This document shows positions 56,049 to 64,000 of a stretch of DNA of 64,000 nt, in pieces. The stretch spans positions 38,320-102,319 of IMG/VR virus record IMGVR_UViG_2595698333_000001; one strand, 5' to 3'. This DNA is from a virus. Its lineage: Duplodnaviria > Caudoviricetes. The notes beneath the pieces are model-generated. The model did not search any database. It saw only the letters and a list, made by a program, of their open reading frames with translations, and had not been told where the DNA came from. The translations under genes and the position numbers were made by a program. The stretch's first letter is position 1. Every line of letters starts with the position of its first letter.

Positions 56049-56531
56049 ATGGGACGACCAAGTGTTCCGCTTGAAAAGCGGTTCTGGGACAAAGTCGACC
56101 GCGGTGACGAGGATGAGTGTTGGGAGTGGCAAGCAGCAACGGTTCAGGGGTACGGGTTAATTGGTGTAGATGGTACAGAGACAGAGCGTGCTCACCGAGT
56201 CGCGTATCGCCTCGAGGTCGAGGACCCGGGTGACGATTGGGTGCTTCATCACTGCGATAACCCTGCCTGTGTCAATCCTGAGCATCTGTATCTTGGTGAT
56301 GCTGAGGATAATGCACAGGACAGAGAGGAACGTGGACGCAGCACGTATCATACTGGTGAGGAGCATGGAAATACGTCGTTGACAGAAGAACAGGTTGCTC
56401 GTATCAAATGGTTGGTCGAGAATACTGCTCGGACAAACGTTTCCATCGCTGATGAGTACGGGGTATCGGACAGGACGATAGGTAATATAGCGTCTGGTGC
56501 GACGTGGGCAGGCGTTTCTCCCAAGAAATAA
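56049..56531 (+). CDS. HNH homing endonuclease with C-terminal HTH
   Basis: RFWDKV..CWEW..GYG..AHRVAY..VLHHCDNPACVNPEHL. Confidence 0.9.
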   Translation: MGRPSVPLEKRFWDKVDRGDEDECWEWQAATVQGYGLIGVDGTETERAHRVAYRLEVEDPGDDWVLHHCDNPACVNPEHLYLGDAEDNAQDREERGRSTYHTGEEHGNTSLTEEQVARIKWLVENTARTNVSIADEYGVSDRTIGNIASGATWAGVSPKK

Positions 56532-56565
56532 ACTACTTTCACTCGGCTCCTCAAGTATATGTGAG
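56532..56565 (+). promoter_or_regulatory. class-2 promoter motif
   Basis: ACTACTTTCACTCGGCTCCTCAAGTATATGTG upstream of ORF 56590. Confidence 0.6.
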
Positions 56566-56589
56566 TCGCGTGTATTTGTCGGGACGCCG

Positions 56590-58979
56590 ATGAGCGACAA
56601 CGAACCGGACGAGATGATTCAGGAGAACAGCGTCGGAGAAATCCAAACGGCAGTCGTGGACCTCGCGGACGCGGTCGATGAGGTTGAGCAGGCACTCGAC
56701 ACTCTCGGCGTCGACCGTCGCACCTCGATGCCGCAGGACCAGAACTGTCTCGAGTATCGGATTCGGGACGCGCACGCTCTCCTCACGGGAGCGAAGAATC
56801 AGTTGGGTGACGAAGCAGGTGAAGGATACGAGGACCTATGACGACCATGAAACTACGTTCCTTCGTCTCGCGCGTCTCCGCGTCGCTGAGACGTTCCAAG
56901 CCATGCGGGTGCGCGTACCCGTTCGGCTGGTCCTACGACGCTGTGCCCGAAGCACACCGCGTCAACGACCGCGTGACAGATGAGGGCGAGTACATCGTAG
57001 AGTATCGCTGCGACAACTGCGAGGACACGTTCGAGCTAAGTGAGGGTGCGCTTCTGGAGCGCGACCTTAACGAGTAACGAACGACAACTCCTTTTCGAGG
57101 CGCAAGAGATGACAGACAGAGACATCATGGTCAGGAACGATGCTGGCCAGTTCGAGGAGATTGAACAGGATGCCCTCGCGGACGAGCTCATCGCTGAGCG
57201 ATACGGGTACACGACCGAAGAAATCGAGGACATGATAGAACAGTACGAGAAGGACGCGACGGGCGGGATATTCGGGAGGCTGTTCGGACGATGGGGCTGA
57301 AACTCAACGCGGGTGCAGGTGAGAAACTGGACGAGATTATCGAGGTGCTCGATGAGATTGGCGTTGACGTGTACGACGTGGACCACGTCGAGTGTGCGGA
57401 GAAACCTATCGGAGGACTCGGCACTCGCTACGAAGCAGACCTCTACGTTCAGTGGGAGGCAGACGATGACTGACGCCAAGGAGGTCGCGTTCGACGCCCT
57501 GCGTGAGATGTACGAGGAGGCAGAACCTCCTCCCGACTTCGACGACGCTCTCGAGAATCCCGACGACTACGATGCCGAGTGGTATCTCGACCACGAGCTT
57601 CCTCACGAGCGACAGGAAGAAATCGTTGACGAGCATCTCGAGAAGCACAACCTCAGCAAGCATCAGGAGACGCAGGTAACGATGACTGCGATTCTCCACT
57701 ATGGGCCATCGACTCCTGACGATGAGTGAGATGGACCTTCGCCTGAACTGTACGCGGTGCGGGTCGTTCGAGGAGTACGAGACAGGCGACAAGAGCAGTA
57801 TCGTCTACTGCGAGGAGTGCGGGAAGAAGCACTCGGATGCTTCCGTGCACTTCGTAGACATCAATCGCCGGTACGAACGCGACGAGGCAGGAAATCTCCT
57901 GGAGGACGTACTGTGAATATCATCCAGCAAGCAATCGACTACGTCACTGGCGTCGAGGAAGAACAAGAACATCGAGGCAGGACACAGTCACCGTTCGGTC
58001 CTCGTCGAGTTGACTCTGACGGCAACGCGAACAGTCAGTGGAGATTCGGCGCGAACCGCATGACGGACATGGCGTGCAAGGTCGCAGACGAACTGTCGTG
58101 GTGGTACGACGAGCAGGAGGAGCAGTTCGTCGTTCGGAACAACGAGTACGACATGGAGCGACGAGAGGACGAACTGTGGCGTGCTATGTGGATTCTCGAG
58201 CGAGACATCCGCGTGGAACACGGGACGAAGTGGCACAGCGTGGACGAACGCGGAGAATTCCCTCCTGCTCCCGAACCAACCGAGGAGGCATGAACGATGG
58301 GACGACGGACGAAAACCCGAGAGCGTGTCGTCCAACGCGAGAGAACGGAAACTAAGGTAGAACCCGTCGTCGAGGAGGAAGAAATTGAGGTCGCGGTGTG
58401 TGACTTCTGTGAGCAAGAGTACGAGGACGTTGACCCTGACGACCTGAACACCATCCTCGTCAATCCTCGCACGCCTCGACGGAAGGTAGAGGAGACAGTT
58501 CGCGTGCCGATGGAAGAGTCGTTTAACAAGAAGGTCGAACTATACCGAGCACTCCATCAGTCAGACCTCATCACCACCCAGAGAAAACGAGTGATGGACT
58601 GCGAAACGAACTTCTCTGTTGGTGAACAGAAAGTACCTGACCTCGATACGTTCGACCGAGACCTTCGCTCGGACGTGATAGCGTATCAGTTCATCGTCCA
58701 CATCCCTCGACAGCAGAAGGCGGAGTCGAGGATGGAGGTGTGTGACCACTGCAAGAAGGCGTTCCAGAAATGAGCAGGCGGCGCGGGCCTCGTAAATCAG
58801 TCAGCCTGCACGAGGACGACCTGCTCTTCATCGTCGTCTGGTTCTTCGAGTCGCTGTTCTACCTCATCGGCGGCGAGAATATCGTCACGGTCATCGGCGT
58901 GTACGCACTGATTGGCGTCTGCCTGTTCAACGCCTTCCTGTGCGCACGTCAGTGGAAAAGGTACGGTCGCTATTCTTAG
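56590..58979 (+). other. operon of 9 small hypothetical CDS (56590-56841, 56838-57077, 57109-57300, 57291-57473, 57466-57729, 57722-57916, 57913-58293, 58297-58773, 58770-58979)
   Basis: Acidic ORFs with overlapping starts and stops; several CxxC; last one is membrane-type. Confidence 0.7.
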
Positions 58980-59620
58980 GACGAGAAGAACGTTTCGACG
59001 CTCGGCGGAGCATCGTCGTCCTCATCATGCAGGCGCGTTCCGTGAGCACCTGCGTCTCCCTGGTACTTCCCATCGTAAGGGTCAGACGCTGCCTCGTTCA
59101 TCTCGTGGAACGCGAGTTGGCAGAATCGCTGACCGACGTACAGCTTGATGGGCGTGTCCGTCTGGTTGCACAGTTCGAGCGTGATTTGTCCGTGGAACCC
59201 AGGGTCGATGTACCCGCCGAGGTGCGGGTCAACACCGAGACGAGCCCATGACGAGCGTCCATGCACGACTCCCACCACGTCGTCAGGAACCCGCACAGCC
59301 TCCTGTGTGTGCGCGAGAACGAAGTCGTGCGCTCCCAGGATGAACGACTCACCTTCCTGTAGTCGAACGTGTCTCTCGGTCGTCTCTTCGTCTCTCGGGT
59401 CCCTGTGGGCAGGGTCAACGTTCGAGAACGGAATCCTCGACAGGACACCGTGCTTGAATCGTTCCCAGAGGGACGGTCGCTTCAGTACTTTGAACTCTCG
59501 TCCGAGTCGCAGGTCATACGACGCGGGTTGGAGGTTCGTCTCGTCGTAAGGTGAGATGTCGAGGTCGTCCTCGTGGTAGTGGACTCTCGAAGCAATCTCG
59601 TGGTCGGCCAGCGCCATCAT
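58976..59620 (-). CDS. dcd: dCTP deaminase
   Basis: QPASYDLRL, GRSSWARLG, IDPGFHGQITLE, GQRFCQL, Y.GKYQ. Confidence 0.93.
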   Translation of the reverse strand: MMALADHEIASRVHYHEDDLDISPYDETNLQPASYDLRLGREFKVLKRPSLWERFKHGVLSRIPFSNVDPAHRDPRDEETTERHVRLQEGESFILGAHDFVLAHTQEAVRVPDDVVGVVHGRSSWARLGVDPHLGGYIDPGFHGQITLELCNQTDTPIKLYVGQRFCQLAFHEMNEAASDPYDGKYQGDAGAHGTRLHDEDDDAPPSVETFFSS

Positions 59621-59718
59621 ATCGTATCATGTGAGCGTCGGATAAAATACTCGCGTCCTAAGAATACTCGCACGTCTGGATACGGAGGTACAGGTACGGA
59701 GAGGAGTGATACGCACGT

Positions 59719-60048
59719 ATGACGACAGCACTGCTACTACTCGCCGCTCACCTTCTCGGTGACTTCCCGCTACAACCGAGATGGATGGCGCGAGAGAAAA
59801 TAGATGACGTGGGCGTTCGGTTCGTTCATGTCGTCATCCATGCACTCTTGGTAGTCACGTTCCTCGAACTATCAGGGGTAGGTCCGGGCATACCTTCGCC
59901 CTTCTACGGTGCCTACACAGCGTCACACTTCCTCATCGACTCGCGTCGGTGGGTCGAACCTCGAGATGACTTCCCGACCTGGCACTACGTCGTTGACCAG
60001 GTCCTGCACGTCACAGCAATCGCCTGGTGCGGGGTGCTCTTCCTGTGA
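59719..60048 (+). CDS. DUF3307-like membrane protein
   Basis: AHLLGDFPLQ, H...H, SHFLID, DQVLH. Confidence 0.8.
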   Translation: MTTALLLLAAHLLGDFPLQPRWMAREKIDDVGVRFVHVVIHALLVVTFLELSGVGPGIPSPFYGAYTASHFLIDSRRWVEPRDDFPTWHYVVDQVLHVTAIAWCGVLFL

Positions 60049-62582
60049 AGGACCCAGAGGAGTTCACGTTCGAGGAAAAGATGGAGTCGTGGGAGACGAG
60101 CGCCTACGTGACTGTCGGTGTCCCTCACTACTACCTGCCTGCGACTGAGATGGACCCTGAAGTGAACGATGGCGTGACTGAACTGAAGGCGCCCATCGGT
60201 ACGCGCGAGCAACTCGCAGGTGCATGGTACGGTCATCGAGCGACGACGTTCTGGAACGAGAGGTTCGCTCATGTCTGATGGCATCTCGAGACGCGAACTG
60301 AAGAAAGCAATCGAGGAGGCGAGTGAGAATATGGCTCGTTCAGCGTGGCAGGACGCGACTATCAGCGTCTCGAAGGATACGCATGACGCCTTACGGAAGG
60401 AAGCAGGTCTCGACCCGTCACATCCGGGGTATGAGTGGGACGATACCCGCTCCAACGAGTTCTGGGACAGGAGGATGCCATGAGCACCGTCGAAACGGAC
60501 CTCAACGACCCAGAGAAGTTCTCGTTGTACGCCCACTGGTCGTCGCCTACGGTGTACGGGACGCGGGAATCGAGACAGGAGCAATTCTGGAGTCAATACC
60601 TCGAGGTGACGCCATGGTGACGCCGAACGACAAGCATGACCTGTACTACTGTCGTCAGTGTGTCGCGCTATATCACTGCGGCTCGTCGCGCATGATGGAG
60701 GAGGAGCATATGGCAGAGGAGCATCCAGGCTACCCAGGCAGTTGGGACCACTTCGAGTACGAGATGAGAGATTTCCAAGAGCGATTCTGGGACGCATACG
60801 GTGAACGAAGATGGTGAGAACATACGGCGGTCGAGAGGCAGAAGGAGCGCAAGGAGCGACGTTCTCGCCTGAGATGTCCGAGATTATCTACTGGCAACTC
60901 ATCCGCGAGGACAAGTTCTGGGACAGGTACATGGATGACCTGGAAATCGTCCTCGACGTGAAAAGGAAATACGACCGATTATGATGACTTACTACTGCCC
61001 GGCGTGTCGAGAATCGTTCCGCTTCGGGCACATACACGCGAAGCAGAAGGCCGCAGAGCACATGATGGAGCACGAGGAGGACGTGCGCGACCTCATCACC
61101 ATGTCCCCGAAGTCGTGGCTGATGGAACGTCTCCGTGAGGAGCGATACTGGGACGAGAGGTGGAGCGATGAGTGATGAACTGGGAGTCCCCGACGGTGTT
61201 GAGCGTCAGTACAAGGTCGGACAGGACGATAAATCACTCCCACCGTCGATATGGTTGTACGACGCCGTTGACCGTCAGAGACTCGAAGCGCGACACGTCT
61301 ACTGGTGCGACAACTACATCAGTGAGTTCTGGGATGGGAGGTTGGACGCATGAAGACAGACAAAGCGTACTGTCGCCTGTGCAACTCGACGACACCCGAG
61401 AACAACTTCGGTCATGCAAATGATGAGCACTTCGGACGCAAACCTGAGATGTCCAACCTGCTTTCCATGTGGTATAGCGACGAACACGCAGGCCCACAAC
61501 GAGCGGGATACTTCTGGGCGTGGAGGCTCAGCGATGACTGACTACGACCTGCATGAGAACGTTGACTTCTCCTACATGGTCGACAACGACCAGGTGCCTG
61601 TGCCGTTCGAGGCAACCGTCGGGCACTCGGTGTATGAGCACTGGGTGTCAGTCGAGATGGGGCATATCCTCGTGCCGCGTGTCGAACGATTCTGGGACTG
61701 GAGGCTCGACGATGTCTGAGCAATCGTTCGTTGACGAGGTACGCGAACCTGAGACACCGTCTGCACTCGCGGAAATCATGCAGAGGCGTAGCCTCGAGAA
61801 CATCTTTCTCGCGTGGCAACCTCGGCGTGACGACTTCTGGAGGTGTTACTGGGATGCCAAATGCGAATAAGCTCACGCCTCGATGGTGGTGGTGGCGACG
61901 CGAGCATGAGGAATCGTTCTGGGACTCGTGGGTGCATGCATGACGTTCTACTGTCGTCAGTGCCAGGCAGTCGTCGAGGAGACAGGAGCGTCCTACGACG
62001 ACGTGCAGGTAAAGCACTCGGTCATCGAGCATGACGGTGACGACGTTATCCTCGTCGGCACGCAGTGGTTGCAGAACGAGTGGGACCTCCTCGAGAAGCA
62101 ATTCTGGGACCGATGGATGGGAGCATGACTCCTGAGGAGAAACGGCATATGTGGCTTCGGCTGCACTGGGACGTACCTCCCACGACCTCGCGTAAGAAAG
62201 AGTTCTGGGAGCGATATATGAGGACGCGACGATGAACCTTGAGAGCATCTACGGCGAGCATGGACTCGTCCTGAAGGAGACACCGTGCGGGTATGGCGTC
62301 GGCGCGCACGTCACCGAGTACATCGCTACGGAGAACAACTTCCTCGACCGATGGGTGAGTGTATCATCTCTCGGCAGGCGACAGTCATCGTTCTGGGACA
62401 GTCGACTCGGCCAAGAGTGACGTATGATAGGAGACATACCTGACGACGTTGTTGACTACGCTATAGGTTGGTATCAAGGAGTTGTCGGCAGTAGCATGGG
62501 TGCTTGCGTGTCTGGGTACTGGGTAGTAAACCACCAAGAGACGTTCTGGGACGAACGTTTAGGAGGTCGTAGGGGTAAGTGA
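60045..62582 (+). other. array of 15 FWD-tail microproteins (60045-60278, 60271-60483, 60480-60620, 60614-60817, 60811-60984, 60981-61175, 61168-61353, 61350-61541, 61534-61719, 61712-61870, 61854-61943, 61940-62128, 62125-62235, 62232-62420, 62424-62582)
   Basis: 29-77 aa ORFs with overlapping or abutting stops and starts, each with [F/Y]W near the C-terminus. Confidence 0.85.
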
Positions 62583-62586
62583 AGAC

Positions 62587-63144
62587 ATGGACATCTCTCA
62601 GCGTCAGTTTGAGCTTCTGAAGGGTATGTTGATGAGCGACGGGTACGCGAACGAGGTTGGTCGCATGGAGTGGAGCATGATAAATCGAGAGTTCATGGAA
62701 TGGTTCGACGAGCAACTCGGCGACCTCAGTCCTGGCGTGCGAGATATAACGTCTCAGACGACAGCATACGACGAAGACGAAGGTCGTCTGTTCAAGTCGG
62801 GTACTCGTGAGCATCCTGACCTCGAACGGTTCTCTGAGTGGTACACATGGCCTCGTCGTAAGAAGCAGTTCCCATCTGACCTCACACTCACTCCTACGTC
62901 GTTGAAGATATGGTACGCAGGCGACGGGTGTAAGCGAGAACCAGAAGGTAGCGTGCGTCCGACTGTCGTCATCTCGAACGCCATGTCCATCGAGGATAAG
63001 GAACCAGCAGTCGATGCTCTTGAGCAGGAAGGACTGACGCCGACGATTGACGACAACGAGTTTCGCTTTGACGTGGAGACGAGTGAAGATTTCTTTGACT
63101 ACGTAGGAGAGCATGTGCCTGGGTTCGAGTACAAGTGGCCATGA
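62587..63144 (+). CDS. LAGLIDADG homing endonuclease
   Basis: LLKGMLMSDG, WYAGDG, PGFEYKW; paralog of 53570. Confidence 0.82.
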   Translation: MDISQRQFELLKGMLMSDGYANEVGRMEWSMINREFMEWFDEQLGDLSPGVRDITSQTTAYDEDEGRLFKSGTREHPDLERFSEWYTWPRRKKQFPSDLTLTPTSLKIWYAGDGCKREPEGSVRPTVVISNAMSIEDKEPAVDALEQEGLTPTIDDNEFRFDVETSEDFFDYVGEHVPGFEYKWP

Positions 63145-64000
63145 TTCTCCCTACTTAAACGGTATAAAATATAGCAGGCGCACAGGTGCTGTCTCTGACG
63201 ATGGCGCGCAGCGCCGATACATCGTAGGCACCACGGACGGGAACGCAGAGAGCAACCGATGCTCTTCGTCTCTCCGCACGTCTCCATCAACGGTGTCCAC
63301 AGGAGCATGAACAGGGCCATCAACAGGTACATCGAGAACAACACCAACGGGTACGACGAACGCATGAGACACCACAGAACAGAGAGATAGGGCAGAATAT
63401 GGGACAGTACACGTATTCTCCTGTTCTCTGGGGGCGCTCGCTGAGCACTAGACCTCGAGAACGTGCCTGGGTACCCGGGCGTACACGTCGAACAGCTTGA
63501 TTTCCCTCGCCACCCATCTCTGCCTGGAGAACGGCGAGAGACGCCGCCGAGACCACGCAGACGTCCTCCACGTCGAGACCGGTTTCCCCCTGGTTTTTCG
63601 GGGTTGGTGCGCACGGGGAGCTTGATTCCTGCACGTCCTATCTACCACCCAGAGAGCGGGGTATCTGCCGGGGTCTCCACGTTGTCTCTCGGCCATGGGA
63701 GAACGGCGTAAGAGGCGATTCTCGAGGGCAGGTCCGACGATGAGGTTTGATTCTCTACGTGCGAGAATCTCTGCTGTCTCCACGTCAGAGACCGGGGTAT
63801 ATGCAGGGTATCTGTGTGTCTGCTACAGAGGGATTTCTGCTGTGCTGCTGATGCTGCTGTGCGACGACGACGTCTCCATGAACAGGTAGCAGGAAGTCTC
63901 ACAGACGGGGTTCTCCACGCGGAGACACAGAGAGGATTCTCGAACGTGCGCGACGATGGACCCTTCTATTCCGAAATCTCCCCGAACCGGATATTTAGAT
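63145..64000. repeat. largely non-coding region with short dispersed repeats
   Basis: CTCCACG(T/C) at 63566, 63675, 63778 and 63913; GGGTAT(C/A)TG three times; no convincing ORF. Confidence 0.45.

Noticed and set aside
56076-56100. RFWDKV in the HNH nuclease as an FWD-family member
   Set aside because: It is N-terminal and part of the common RFW.KV...CW.W motif of this HNH family.
60045-62582. FWD array read as a CRISPR or integron-like DNA repeat array
   Set aside because: The conserved core is only about 9 nt, is explained by Phe-Trp-Asp codons, has irregular spacing and no palindrome, and no integrase or cas operon is nearby.
63151-63375. 74-aa minus-strand ORF
   Set aside because: No clear SD or motif, atypical composition, and it lies in the repeat-rich end region.

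Overview
This window is about 64 kb of a haloarchaeal tailed virus genome (siphovirus-like; acidic proteome, high GC). 1-19 kb (minus strand) is an archaeal-type replication and DNA-metabolism module: QueF, RFC large and small, adenine MTase, GNAT, PolB, Cas4-like nuclease, dTMP kinase, fused PriS-PriL primase, PCNA-like clamp, AAA_24/Sak4-like ATPase and a putative SSB, followed by a divergent RadA. 20.7-52.8 kb (plus strand) is the virion module: terminase, portal, MuF, prohead protease/scaffold, major capsid protein, neck, tail tube, frameshifted chaperone, tape measure, baseplate and fibres. 53-64 kb is accessory: RNase H, dCTP deaminase, many small ORFs and a largely non-coding right end. 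Nine free-standing HNH or LAGLIDADG endonucleases are scattered through the window. Main novelties: (1) 15 closely packed microproteins with unrelated N-termini that all carry a C-terminal [F/Y]W(D) motif; (2) candidate capsid-delivered effector polyproteins (zincin, zeta-like kinase, two ADP-ribosyltransferases) with repeated modules after Lys sites, plus a nested out-of-frame gene with its own promoter motif; (3) a shared C-terminal (V/P)L(D/S/G)(F/W/Y) tail on six replication-module proteins, including a GNAT; (4) a 3.2 kb TCGA-free receptor-binding block; (5) a duplicated tandem promoter or small-RNA unit. All calls come from reading motifs by eye; no database searches were run.
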